Source: Thermoanaerobaculia bacterium | Lineage (GTDB): Bacteria > Acidobacteriota > Thermoanaerobaculia > UBA5066 | NCBI GenBank assembly: GCA_963719225.1 | Contig: CAVRAY010000001.1 | Location: forward strand, 320,001-384,000 | Length of the DNA: 64,000 nucleotides | Direction: 5' to 3' | Shown: positions 39,400 to 49,235 of the stretch, in pieces | Layout of the letters: every line of letters starts with the position of its first letter | Position numbering within the stretch: the first letter of the stretch is position 1 | The notes under the pieces: model-generated | What the model saw: only the letters and a program-made list of their open reading frames with translations | The model's database searches: none | Told to the model about the DNA's origin: nothing | Translations under genes and position numbers: made by a program

Positions 39400-41697
39400 A
39401 TGCCCGGTCGCGCCGCTCGTCCGCTCTGTGCGCTCGCCTTCGCATTCGCATCCCTGCCTGCGCTCGCGGCGTCCCGAGTCGTCGTCGTGCCGATCGTCCT
39501 TTCCTCGGCGGGCGCGCAAACCTCTTTCTTCACGACGGAGCTCGCGTTCACAAACCGCGGCACGACGGACGCGACCATGACGCTCGCCTACACGAACGCG
39601 TTCGGAGGCGCGAACGGGTCGAGGCAGCAGACGCTCGGCGCGGGAGCCCAGATGATCGTGCCGGACGCGATCGTCTATTTGCAGAACCTCGGGATCCCCG
39701 TCGGGTCCTCCGGGAATCGCGGCGGGACGCTGCGCGTGACTTTCGACGGGCTCTCCACGGATGACGCCGGCGCGGTGACGGCGCGGACGACGACCGCGGT
39801 GACGGGCGGGCGGGCCGGGCTCGCGTACGCCGGCCTCGACCCGTCCCGCCTCCTCTCGGCGCCCGTCGTCCTGAGCGGCCTGCGTCAGAACCTGAACGAC
39901 CGGTCGAACGTTGCCGTGATTCACGGGGGAGCTCCCTCCGACGGCGACATCACGTTGCGGCTGACCGTCGTCTCGGGCGACCCGGCGAATCCGCTCACGC
40001 GCGTGCTGCCCGACATCCCGCTTTCGCCAGGAGGTTTCGCGCAGATTTCCGGAATCCTGACCTCGAACGGCCTGAATCTGACGAACGCGTGGGTCAAGGT
40101 CGAGCGCGTCTCGGGCACGGCCCTCTTCTACGCGTACGGCGTCGTGAACGACCAGGCGAACTCCGACGGGTCCTTCGTTCCGCCCGCGCCATTCGCGCCG
40201 CCGGACGCGATCGCGCGGCTGACCCTGCCGGTCATCGTCGAGACGAGCGTCTTCAACAGCGAGCTCGTCCTCACGAACTTCGGGAGTACGGCGCGCCATC
40301 TCGTCCTCACCTACCGCACGTCGGCTGTTCCGGGAGGCGCCGTGACCCTCGGCCTCGACCTCGCGCCGAACGAGCAACAGATCCTCTCCAACTTCGTCCA
40401 GCTTCTCAGGGACCGCGGCGTGCTCACGGTGCCGCAGGGGCCGACGTTCACGGGCGCGCTCTTCGTGAGCGAAAACACGGGCGACCTGCGCGGTCTCGGC
40501 GTGGGCGCGCGCACCGCGACGCCGGGAGGGGGCGGGCGCTACGGCCTCTTCTACACGGCGGTCCCGGGTCCGACGGATGCGGTTTACACGGCATGGCATT
40601 ACGGCCTCAGGCAGGACGCCGAAAACAGGACGAACCTCGCGTTCGTGAACACGGGCGCCGTGGATGCCTCGGACTGCGTCCTCCGTCTCGACCTCTACGA
40701 CGGCGACACGGGACACCTCGCGGGAACGGCCGACAACGTGACGATCCCCTCGGGAGGATTCCTTCAGCTCAACCAGGTTCTCTCGACGTACGCGCCCGGC
40801 GTCTCGAACGGGTACGGTCTCGTGACGAAGAAGACGGGGCTGAATCCGTACATCTCGTACACCGTCGTCAACGACGGCGGCGCGCCGGGGCAGCGCAGCG
40901 GAGACGGCGCCTACGCGCAGAGCGAGGCCTGCTCGCCGAAGGTCACGGTCGACATCACGTCTTACTACTCACTCCGCCAGTCGTCGCCGAACTTCACCGG
41001 CACGTGCTTCACGCCGAACAGCAACGTCTCGATCTCCAATTTCACGAATTTCTTCGAGCCCTGCCGGGGCCTCATCGTCGTCCCGGGCACGACGCATCCC
41101 GTCGATGCGAACGGGAGCTTCCAGTTCCAGCTCCCCCCGACCGCGTTCGCCTTCTGCACCGTCACCGGAGACTGGACGAACACCTTCTATGACGTCGGCG
41201 GCAAGTCGATTCCCATCACGTTCCACGTCATCGACGGTGGGGCGGCGAACACGCTCGTAAAGGCGGGAGACACGCGCGTTCCGCTGACAGCGCGCATCGG
41301 CAGCGAAAACGGTTCCGGCACGGCCGTCATGACCCAGCTCAAGCCCGTCGTCGACGTTCCGGGCTCCCTCGGCACGTCGCGCGGCGACGTCTTGTACACG
41401 GTCACGGGCGCGCAGCCCAACCGGACCTATACGGTAATTCTGAAGGGATTCGGGCTCTGCTCGGGCTTCGGCGCGGCGACGAGCGACTCTTCCACGCGTT
41501 CCTTCGGGACGGTCACGTCCGACGCGACGGGCAAGGTGTCGGGGTACCTCCACACGTACCTCCGCGACACCGGGGCCACGGGCTACTTCGCCCCGATCCT
41601 CTCGCTCACGACCGACGGCGGCGTTCCGCTCTCGGCGAACGTCGCGTACCAGGCGACGTTCACGATCGTGAACGCCTGGCGGGCGCCTCTCTTCTGA
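39400..41697 (+). CDS. Secreted protein with N-terminal duplicated module
   Basis: AGGAGG RBS, signal peptide, module homologous to the C-terminus of 2209..5880. Confidence 0.85.
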   Translation: MPGRAARPLCALAFAFASLPALAASRVVVVPIVLSSAGAQTSFFTTELAFTNRGTTDATMTLAYTNAFGGANGSRQQTLGAGAQMIVPDAIVYLQNLGIPVGSSGNRGGTLRVTFDGLSTDDAGAVTARTTTAVTGGRAGLAYAGLDPSRLLSAPVVLSGLRQNLNDRSNVAVIHGGAPSDGDITLRLTVVSGDPANPLTRVLPDIPLSPGGFAQISGILTSNGLNLTNAWVKVERVSGTALFYAYGVVNDQANSDGSFVPPAPFAPPDAIARLTLPVIVETSVFNSELVLTNFGSTARHLVLTYRTSAVPGGAVTLGLDLAPNEQQILSNFVQLLRDRGVLTVPQGPTFTGALFVSENTGDLRGLGVGARTATPGGGGRYGLFYTAVPGPTDAVYTAWHYGLRQDAENRTNLAFVNTGAVDASDCVLRLDLYDGDTGHLAGTADNVTIPSGGFLQLNQVLSTYAPGVSNGYGLVTKKTGLNPYISYTVVNDGGAPGQRSGDGAYAQSEACSPKVTVDITSYYSLRQSSPNFTGTCFTPNSNVSISNFTNFFEPCRGLIVVPGTTHPVDANGSFQFQLPPTAFAFCTVTGDWTNTFYDVGGKSIPITFHVIDGGAANTLVKAGDTRVPLTARIGSENGSGTAVMTQLKPVVDVPGSLGTSRGDVLYTVTGAQPNRTYTVILKGFGLCSGFGAATSDSSTRSFGTVTSDATGKVSGYLHTYLRDTGATGYFAPILSLTTDGGVPLSANVAYQATFTIVNAWRAPLF

Positions 41698-41729
41698 TAC
41701 GTCCCGACTAGAATCCGTCGGGAAAGGCG

Positions 41730-42317
41730 GTGGAGGTGCGAGTCGCGCCCGTGGGGGACATCACCTTGCTCCTCGCCGCCATCCGCGCGGGCGACGAAGA
41801 CGCGTCGTCGCGGCTTTTCTCTCTCGTCTACGACGAGCTCAAGCGCATCGCGCGCCGGCAGCTCCGCGTTCGGCTCCGACCCACGCTCACGACGACCGCT
41901 CTCGTCCACGAGACGTACGTGAAGCTCTCGGCGCACGGGCGCTGGTCGGCTCGCGACCGTTCTCACTTCTTCGCGCTCGCCGCGCGCGCGATGCGTCAGG
42001 TCGTCGTGGATTACGCGCGTGAACGGACCCGCGCCAAGCGGGGCGGGCGTGCGGCGCGCATCACGCTCGACGCGGCGTACGTCGTCTCGGTCGACGGCCC
42101 GGCCGAAGAAATCCTCGCGGTGGATCAGGCGCTCGAGCGGCTGGGGGAAGCCGATCCGGACCTGGCGCGCATCGTGGAGTGGCGGTTCTTCGGCGGACTG
42201 TCCATCGAGGAGATCGCCGACTCGCTGGAAGTCTCCGACAGGACCGTGAAGCGCCACTGGCGGGCCGCCCGGGCCTTCCTCTATCGGGAGCTCGGGGCTG
42301 GAGGCGCCACGGGATGA
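41730..42317 (+). CDS. ECF sigma factor (ECF43/TIGR02999-like)
   Basis: LVYDELKRIA, TTTALVHE, AARAMRQ, KRGG, RFFGGL, RTVKRHW. Confidence 0.92.
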   Translation: MEVRVAPVGDITLLLAAIRAGDEDASSRLFSLVYDELKRIARRQLRVRLRPTLTTTALVHETYVKLSAHGRWSARDRSHFFALAARAMRQVVVDYARERTRAKRGGRAARITLDAAYVVSVDGPAEEILAVDQALERLGEADPDLARIVEWRFFGGLSIEEIADSLEVSDRTVKRHWRAARAFLYRELGAGGATG

Positions 42318-45205
42318 AGGGCTCGGAACGCTTTCGCGAGGCGCGGGATCTCTTCGTCGAGCTCGTCGACCTGCCTCCCGCCGGGCAGGAGGCGCGCCTC
42401 GAAGCGCTCGCGCGCCTGGATCCCGAGCTCGCCGTCGAGGTGCGCCTTCTCTTCGAAGCCGACGCGAATGCAGAGGGATTCCTGGAAGAGCCGGCGCCGG
42501 AGCGGCTCGCCGCGCTGGCGGGCGAGGGCACCGGGAACGAGGGACTCGAAGACGAGCCTGAGACCCCCCTTGGCGAGCGCATCGGTCCCTACCGGACCTT
42601 GCGGCTCCTGGGGCGCGGTGGCATGGGCGAGGTCTTTCTGGCCGAGCGCGCGGACGGACAGTTCGAGCAGCGCGTGGCCTTGAAGCTCGTCAAGCGCGGC
42701 ATGGACTCGCAGGAAATTCTCTCCCGGTTCCGGCGTGAACGTCAGATCCTGGCGCGCCTCTCGCACCCGAACATCGCACGGCTTTTCGACGGAGGGCTCG
42801 CGGACGACGGCCGGCCGTACTTCGCTCTCGAATGCATCGACGGAGAGCCGATCACCGCGTATTGCGCCCAGCGGGACCTCCCGATCGAGGAGCGCGTGCG
42901 CCTCGCGGTCGTCTGCTGCGACGCGGTCGAGGTGGCGCACCGGAGCCTCGTCGTCCACCGCGACCTCAAGCCGTCGAACGTCCTCGTGACGACGGACGGC
43001 GATGTGAAGCTTCTCGACTTCGGGATCGCGAAGCTGCTCGAAGCGGACGACTCCGACGCCACCGTCACCCGGCGCGACTTCCGCGCTCTCACGCCGGCCT
43101 ACGCCGCGCCCGAGCTGATCCTGGGAGAGCCCGCCACGACGGCAGCGGACGTCTATTCGCTCGGCGTCGTTCTCTACGAGCTCCTGACGGGGACTCTGCC
43201 CTTCGAGCGAAAGGGCGCCTCGGCACATCGGCTTGCCGCTCACCTCGACGACGAGCTCCTCGAGCGCCCGAGCGTGCGCGCCCGGCGCGTGCTCGCCGAT
43301 CGACGCGCCGCCGCGCGGCAGGCACGCCGCCTCGCGGGTGATCTCGACAACATCCTCCTCACCGCGCTCCGCCGCGAGCCGGAAAGGCGGTATCGATCCG
43401 CCGCCGCCCTCGGCGAGGACTTGAGAAGGCATCTGGCAGGGCTGCCGGTCCGGGCGCGGGCGGACACGTTCCCATATCGCGCCGGCAAGTTTCTCAAGCG
43501 GCATCGCGCGGGGGTCGCGGCGGCCGCGTTCGTGCTTCTCGCTCTCGTGGCGGGACTCGCAGGAACGAGCTGGCAGGCGCGCCGTGCCGAGGCGAGCGCG
43601 CGCGAGGCCTCCGCTCAGGCGCTGCGCGCGGCACGAGTCAAGGAGTTTCTCATCACGCTCTTCGAGATCGCGGACCCGGAGCAGGCGGCGGGCGACCGGA
43701 TCACCGCCCGGCAGATCCTCGACCAGGGAACGCGCCGGCTGAGGACCGAGCTGGCCGCCGAGCCAGCCATTCAGGCCGACCTCCTGGAGGCCGTGGCGCG
43801 AATCGACCGTAGCCTCGGATTGCTCGAGCCGGCCGCCCTTCTGGCGGAGGAGTCCTTGCGGCTCCGGCGCGGGCGCCTCGCTGGAAGCGATCCCGCCGTG
43901 GGGAGCAGCCTGGCGACGCTGGGCGCCATTCGGATGGGCCAGGGAAAGCTCGACGAGGCCGAGCGCCATCTCAAGGAAGCGCTCACGATTCTGACGGCAC
44001 GCGAGTCGTCGTCGAGCCTCACGCTCGCCCGCGCGAGAGGCGACTACGGCGAGATCCTGTTCTGGAAGGGCAAGGTGGAGGAATCGGAGAAGATCGAGCG
44101 CCAGGTCTACGAGACGTATCGTCAGGTGCTCGGAGCCGAGCACGTCCAGACGGCGATCCACCTCCGGAACCTGTGCGTCCTCCTGGAGGCCGTCGGCCGC
44201 CTGGACGAGGCCGAACAGGCGTGCCGCGACTCGCAAGGCGTCCTGGAGAGGCATCTCGGTCCCGACCATGCGAACCTCGGCCAGAGCTATCTGAACCTGG
44301 CGGTGCTTCTCGACCACCGGGGAAAATCAGGCGAGGCGGAAACCCTCTATCGGCGCGCGCTCGGCGTCCGGAAGGCCACGCTCGGACCGAACCACCCGGC
44401 GACGGGGCAGAGCCTGCAGCTCCTCGCCCTCTTCCTCTTGAAAGAAGGGCGTATCGACGAGTCGGAGACGACGTACCGCGAGGCACTGACGCTCTTCACG
44501 AGGATCGATCCGAAACACTTCGAGATCGCCAAGTGCCGGAACGGACTCGCGCTGATCGAGTCGCGCCGCGGCCACTTCACCGCGGCGGAAAGCATCCTTC
44601 GCGAAGTCGTCGCGTCGTTCCGCGAGTCGCTCGGCGAGAAGCACCCGTTCGTCTGGCAAGGGACCGGAAACATGGCCGAACAGATCGCCCTTCAGGGACG
44701 CCTCGCGGAGGCGGAACGGCTACAGCGGCAGGTTGTCGCGCACCTCGAGGAGATCACTGGAAAAGAGAGCGGCGAAACCGCGCAGGCGCTGGGGCGCCTC
44801 GGCGACACGCTGCGGCGGCGGGGGACCGCGGCCGAGGCGGTTCTCCTTTGTCGGCGGTCGCTCGAGATCCAGAAAAAGATACTCGGTCCCGATCATCTGG
44901 ACGTGGCCCTGGCGAGCTCTCAGCTCGGCGCCGCACTTGCGGGTCTCCCCGAGGAAGCCGGATATCGCGAGGCCGACGAGCTTCTGGAACGCTCCGCCGC
45001 CGTCTATCGCAAGCTGAAGCCGGACCACCCTCGACTGCCGGACGTCCTTCTCACGCAAGGCCGGCTCGCGGCGGCCCGCGGCGACAATGAGCGTGCCCGC
45101 TCGCTGACCGCCGAGGCCGCCTCACTCCTCGAGAAGCTCTACGGAAAAGGCGACCGCCGGGTGCGGGAGGCGCGCGCCCTGCTAGCGTCCCATCCCGCCA
45201 CCTGA
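42314..45205 (+). CDS. Membrane Ser/Thr protein kinase with TPR repeats
   Basis: GRGGMG, VALK, HRDLKPSN, DFG, YAAPE, one TM, kinesin-light-chain-type TPRs; ATGA overlap with the sigma gene. Confidence 0.95.
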   Translation: MKGSERFREARDLFVELVDLPPAGQEARLEALARLDPELAVEVRLLFEADANAEGFLEEPAPERLAALAGEGTGNEGLEDEPETPLGERIGPYRTLRLLGRGGMGEVFLAERADGQFEQRVALKLVKRGMDSQEILSRFRRERQILARLSHPNIARLFDGGLADDGRPYFALECIDGEPITAYCAQRDLPIEERVRLAVVCCDAVEVAHRSLVVHRDLKPSNVLVTTDGDVKLLDFGIAKLLEADDSDATVTRRDFRALTPAYAAPELILGEPATTAADVYSLGVVLYELLTGTLPFERKGASAHRLAAHLDDELLERPSVRARRVLADRRAAARQARRLAGDLDNILLTALRREPERRYRSAAALGEDLRRHLAGLPVRARADTFPYRAGKFLKRHRAGVAAAAFVLLALVAGLAGTSWQARRAEASAREASAQALRAARVKEFLITLFEIADPEQAAGDRITARQILDQGTRRLRTELAAEPAIQADLLEAVARIDRSLGLLEPAALLAEESLRLRRGRLAGSDPAVGSSLATLGAIRMGQGKLDEAERHLKEALTILTARESSSSLTLARARGDYGEILFWKGKVEESEKIERQVYETYRQVLGAEHVQTAIHLRNLCVLLEAVGRLDEAEQACRDSQGVLERHLGPDHANLGQSYLNLAVLLDHRGKSGEAETLYRRALGVRKATLGPNHPATGQSLQLLALFLLKEGRIDESETTYREALTLFTRIDPKHFEIAKCRNGLALIESRRGHFTAAESILREVVASFRESLGEKHPFVWQGTGNMAEQIALQGRLAEAERLQRQVVAHLEEITGKESGETAQALGRLGDTLRRRGTAAEAVLLCRRSLEIQKKILGPDHLDVALASSQLGAALAGLPEEAGYREADELLERSAAVYRKLKPDHPRLPDVLLTQGRLAAARGDNERARSLTAEAASLLEKLYGKGDRRVREARALLASHPAT

Positions 45206-45223
45206 CCCCTCGTCTACGTTCGC

Positions 45224-47083
45224 TTAGTTCGCGTGCGCTCGCAACGCGACGCCGGCGGCGACCACCAGGAGCAGACCGAGGAGCCCCAGCGCCCATGGCT
45301 GCAACGTTGGAACGTCCGTCGGCGCCGCACCGACCGGAATCACCGTGACGCTCGCCGACGCGGTGTCGCCCGCCCCGCCTTCGACCGAAGTCACGGCGCC
45401 GGAGACGTTGTTCTGCGTTCCCAGCGTCGTACCGGTCGCGTTCACGCCGAAGTTGCACGAGGCGCTCGCCGCGAGCGTCGCGCCCGCCAGGCTGACGGCA
45501 CCCGACCCGGCAATCGCCGTGATCGTGCCTCCACCGCAGCTCCCTGTGAGTCCGTTCGGAGTCGAGACGACGAGACCCGCCGGTAGCGTGTCGGTGAAGC
45601 CGACGCCGGTCAATGCCGTGGAAGAGTTGGGATTGTTGATCGTGAAGCTGAGCGAGGTCGACCCGTTCAGCACGACGGTCCCTCCGCCGAAAGACTTTGC
45701 GATCGTCGGCGGCGCGACAGCAGCCGCGACCGTCACGCTCGCCGAGGCCGTCCCGCCCGCACCGCCTTCGACCGAAGTCACCGCACCGGTCCCGTTGTTC
45801 TTCGTTCCCGTCGTGGTGCCGATCACGTTCACGCTGAAGGTACACGAGGCACTCGGCGCGAGCGTCGCGCCCGCCAGGCTGACGGCACCCGACCCTGCGG
45901 TCGCCGTGATCGTCCCGCCGCCGCAGCTGCCCGTGAGCCCGTTCGGGGTCGAGACGACGAGGCCCGCCGGCAACGTGTCGGTGAAACCGACGCCGGTCAA
46001 CGCCGTTGAAGCATTGGGGTTGTTGAGCGTGAAGCTGAGCGAGGTCGACCCGTTGAGCGGAATGCTCCCAGCACCGAAGGTCTTCGCGATCGTCGGCGGC
46101 GCGGTGGCGGCGCCGGTCGTGATGCGCCCGATCCGGTCGAGATTCTCTTCCGTGAACCACAGGTTGCCGTCGGGGCCGGCCGTGATGCCCTCCGGCCCGG
46201 CGGGGGCGGTGAGGCCGGCGCTGAACTCGGTGACGACTCCGGCCGGGGTGATGCGCCCGATCCGGTTGCCGCCTTCTTCCGTGAACCACAGGTTGCCGTC
46301 GGGGCCGGCAGTGATGCCGCGAAGCCCGGCGCCGGCTGTGATGCCAGCGCTGAATTCGGTGACGACTCCGGCCGGGGTAATGCGCCCGATCCGGTCGCTG
46401 CTGTTTTCCGTGAACCACAGGTTGCCATCGGGGCCGGCCGTGATGCCGTAGAGCCCCGCGTCGGCGGTGATGCCGGCGCTGAACTCGGTGACGACTCCGG
46501 CCGGGGTGATCCGCCCGATCCGGCTGACGTCGGCGCTTTCCGTGAACCACAGGTTGCCGTCGGGCCCTGCCGTTATGCCGAAAGGGGTCGAGCCGGGGCT
46601 AATGCCGGCGCTGAACTCGGTGACGACTCCGGCCGGCGTGATCCGTCCGATTCCGTCGGGATTGATTGTGAACCACAGGTTTCCATCCGGTCCGGACGTG
46701 ATGGAGCAATTTGGGTTGCCGGAGAGGCCGGCCGTGACCTCGGTGATGACGCCGAGGGGGGTGATCCGCCCGATCCGGTTGCCGCTCTCCGTGAACCACA
46801 GGTTCCCGTCGGGGCCGGCCGTGATGCCGCAAGGCGCCACGAAGCCGGCAGGGGTGAACTCGGTGACGACGCCGAGCGGAGTGATCCGCCCGATCAGGTT
46901 GCCGCCTTCTTCCGCGAACCACAGGTTGCCGTCGGGGCCGGCGGTGATTCCGAAAGGCGACGCGAACGGGCTGATGCCGGCGCTGAACTCGGTGATGACC
47001 TGGGCGTGAGCCGTACCGCTGAAAAGCCCGAGCAGGGCGAGAAACGCCGCCGTCGGCGCAGAGAGTCTGAGAAGACGCTGCAC
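45224..47083 (-). CDS. Surface protein: 7-bladed Vgb-like propeller + two Ig-like domains + IPTL-CTERM signal
   Basis: AAGGAGG RBS + GTG 47083, signal peptide, 7x GPDGNLWF, 2x PPTIAKxFG domain, VPTLQPWALGLLGLLL...R tail. Confidence 0.88.
   Translation of the reverse strand: MQRLLRLSAPTAAFLALLGLFSGTAHAQVITEFSAGISPFASPFGITAGPDGNLWFAEEGGNLIGRITPLGVVTEFTPAGFVAPCGITAGPDGNLWFTESGNRIGRITPLGVITEVTAGLSGNPNCSITSGPDGNLWFTINPDGIGRITPAGVVTEFSAGISPGSTPFGITAGPDGNLWFTESADVSRIGRITPAGVVTEFSAGITADAGLYGITAGPDGNLWFTENSSDRIGRITPAGVVTEFSAGITAGAGLRGITAGPDGNLWFTEEGGNRIGRITPAGVVTEFSAGLTAPAGPEGITAGPDGNLWFTEENLDRIGRITTGAATAPPTIAKTFGAGSIPLNGSTSLSFTLNNPNASTALTGVGFTDTLPAGLVVSTPNGLTGSCGGGTITATAGSGAVSLAGATLAPSASCTFSVNVIGTTTGTKNNGTGAVTSVEGGAGGTASASVTVAAAVAPPTIAKSFGGGTVVLNGSTSLSFTINNPNSSTALTGVGFTDTLPAGLVVSTPNGLTGSCGGGTITAIAGSGAVSLAGATLAASASCNFGVNATGTTLGTQNNVSGAVTSVEGGAGDTASASVTVIPVGAAPTDVPTLQPWALGLLGLLLVVAAGVALRAHAN
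45341..46102 (-). repeat. Two direct repeats with 387-bp period (Ig-like domains)
   Basis: 45341-45715 and 45728-46102 nearly identical. Confidence 0.9.
46115..47000 (-). repeat. Seven ~120-129-bp tandem propeller-blade repeats
   Basis: Recurrent GAACCACAGGTT.CC.TC.GG.CC on the + strand. Confidence 0.9.
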
Positions 47084-47233
47084 GATTGTCCTCCTTACCT
47101 CGGGGCTCGGCACTCCGGGCCTGAATAGGTAATCGACGAATTCGAGGAAAAGGGGACAACCCTTATCCGGAAAGCCGAGGTCAGTCCGCGAGCCTCCATG
47201 ACGCGCCGCGCGGCGCTGATATCCTCCGCGCGG

Positions 47234-47836
47234 ATGAAGGTCGCGTTCATCGGCACCCACGGCGTCGGGAAAACCACCCTCTGCTACGACCTCGCGGCAG
47301 CCCTGAAGAAGAGGGACCTGACCGTGGAGCTCGTCCGGGAGGTCGCGCGGGAGTGCCCGCTGCCCATCAACCGGGAGACGACGCTCAAGGCGCAGGCGTG
47401 GATCCTCCACACGCAGATCGCCTGGGAGCTGCAGGCCGAGGCGAAGGCGGACGTCGTGTTCTGCGACCGCGCCGTCCTCGACAACTTCTGCTACATGCGG
47501 CGGGCTTTCACGGGCGCCCCCTCCGAGGGCGTCCTCGAGGAGCTCGTGCGAAGCTGGACGAAGACGTACGACGTGCTTTTCAAGGTCCCGATCGTCGGCG
47601 ATCCGCGCTTCGACGGTGTGCGGGACATGGACCTGAAGTTCCAGCGGGAGATCGACGGCTCGATCGGCCAGACTCTTGCCGTCTGGGGCGTTCCGCACAT
47701 TCCACTCGATCCGGCCCGGCGCGGCGAATGGGGAGCGCTCGTCCTCGGGGTACTACTTCCGCGCCTTCGACCACAGGAGCTGCTCTTCCCCGAGCCGGGA
47801 GAGCGCCTCGCCACCACGGGAGCTGCCGATGCCTGA
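47234..47836 (+). CDS. P-loop NTPase/kinase (AAA_28, NadR-like)
   Basis: IGTHGVGKTT, EVAR, CDRAVLD, DGVR. Confidence 0.85.
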   Translation: MKVAFIGTHGVGKTTLCYDLAAALKKRDLTVELVREVARECPLPINRETTLKAQAWILHTQIAWELQAEAKADVVFCDRAVLDNFCYMRRAFTGAPSEGVLEELVRSWTKTYDVLFKVPIVGDPRFDGVRDMDLKFQREIDGSIGQTLAVWGVPHIPLDPARRGEWGALVLGVLLPRLRPQELLFPEPGERLATTGAADA

Positions 47837-48763
47837 AACGACGTCCCTCGGCGTGAACGAACGCGCCCGCAATCTCGAAACGCTCGCGTCCACGCCCGCC
47901 GCCCTCAAGGCTGCCCTTCGCGGCGTCCCCGCAAGCTTCTTCTCTTCGCGCCGGCGCCGGGCAAGTGGTCGATCCTCGAGATCCTGTGCCACCTGCGCGA
48001 CATGGAGCGCGAGGGATATCTCGAGAGATACACGCGCATCCTCGCCGAGAACGAGCCGCGCCTTCCCGACCTGAACGGCGACGCGCTCGCGATCGAGCGG
48101 GACTACCGGGCGCAGAAGGCGGGAGACGTCCTGCGCGACTGGATGCGCCTGCGCCGCGAGAGTCTCCGGCTCCTGAAGAAGTCGAAGCCCGAGCAGTGGC
48201 GGCGCGCCGGCATTCACGAGACGGCGGGCCGGCTCACGATCGACGACCTCGTCGTCCGGCACGCGGTCGGGAACGACACGGCTCACCTGGCCCAGATCGA
48301 CGCGATCAAGCGCCGGGCGGCGATCCTCGGACGGCTCTCCGCCGCTCCCGCGGCGCTCGCGGAAGCCCTCAAGGGCGTGGCGGACGACGTCGTCCGGCGC
48401 CGCCCGCCGACGGGAAAGTGGTCGATGGTCGAGAACGCGGCGCACATCCGGGACATCGAGCGTGTCTACCAGGAGCGGTTCTCGAAGATGGCGTTCTCAG
48501 ACCGTCCGGCGTTCTGGATGCTGGACAACGACCGCGCCGCGGCGCAGCTGAAATACGGAGAGTCCGATCCGGGGACCGTCCTGAAGGAGTTTCGGCGGCT
48601 CAGGGAGGACACGCTCCTCCTCCTGCGCGCGCTGCCCGATACGGCGTGGCGGCGCACAGGACTGCACCCGAAGCGCGGCGAGCTGACGGTCGAGCAGCTC
48701 GCGGAGGTGCTCGCGAGCCACGACGACAGCCACATTGGAAGGATCCGCGAGCAAAAAGGATAA
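47829..48763 (+). CDS. Tandem DinB/YfiT-family protein, frameshift at C-run ~47927-47930
   Basis: Two GKWSxxExxxH..D domains with terminal H/NDxxH; adding one C restores GVPRKLLLFAPAPGKWS. Confidence 0.82.
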
Positions 48764-48771
48764 GGTCGCCC

Positions 48772-48801
48772 TTGACATATCAATATTAGTTGATATATAT
48801 T
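48772..48801 (+). promoter_or_regulatory. ars promoter with ArsR operator
   Basis: TTGACA...TATATT enclosing ATCAA-TATTAG-TTGAT (48779-48794). Confidence 0.85.
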
Positions 48802-48807
48802 GCCGCC

Positions 48808-49202
48808 ATGGCAGGACCAGCCATCCCGGCTAGGAGATTCCGAGAAAGACTTGATGTGGGACGCCTTGCGCGGCTGTTCCATGCGCTTTCGGACGAGACA
48901 CGGCTGAAGATCGTCGAGCGGCTGCTTAGCGGTGAGCAGTGCGTCTGCAACCTCATGGAACCACTAGGTTTAGGGCAATCTCATCTGTCGTTTCACATGA
49001 AGACCCTGAAAGACGCCGGGCTTGTGACCGATCGCCGAGCCGGTCGTTGGATCCACTATTCACTCAAGCCGGGAACCCTCGAGGAGATTCAGGAGTTCCT
49101 CGGGACGGTCGGGAAAAGGCCGCCCAGCTGGAGGCGGCACGGTGCTGCGAGAAGGATAAGAAAGAGTCGCCGGGACAGCTTTATGGTTTCTCTATCTTCT
49201 AA
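48808..49202 (+). CDS. arsR: ArsR/SmtB repressor, probable frameshift ~49111-49117
   Basis: ALSDETRL, EQCVC As-binding box, QSHLSFH, GRWIHY; shifted frame ends AARCCEK...stop 49202 (unshifted frame runs to 49254). Confidence 0.88.
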
Positions 49203-49204
49203 GA

Positions 49205-49220
49205 ATCAAAAAATCTTGAT
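49205..49220 (+). promoter_or_regulatory. Second ArsR operator upstream of arsM
   Basis: ATCAA-AAAATC-TTGAT. Confidence 0.78.
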
Positions 49221-49235
49221 TGAATGGAGCCTGCC

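Noticed and set aside
46115-47000. Regularly spaced repeats resembling a CRISPR array, or a vgb resistance gene
   Set aside because: Repeats are in-frame coding propeller blades without unique spacers or cas genes; the protein is secreted and surface-anchored, unlike cytoplasmic Vgb
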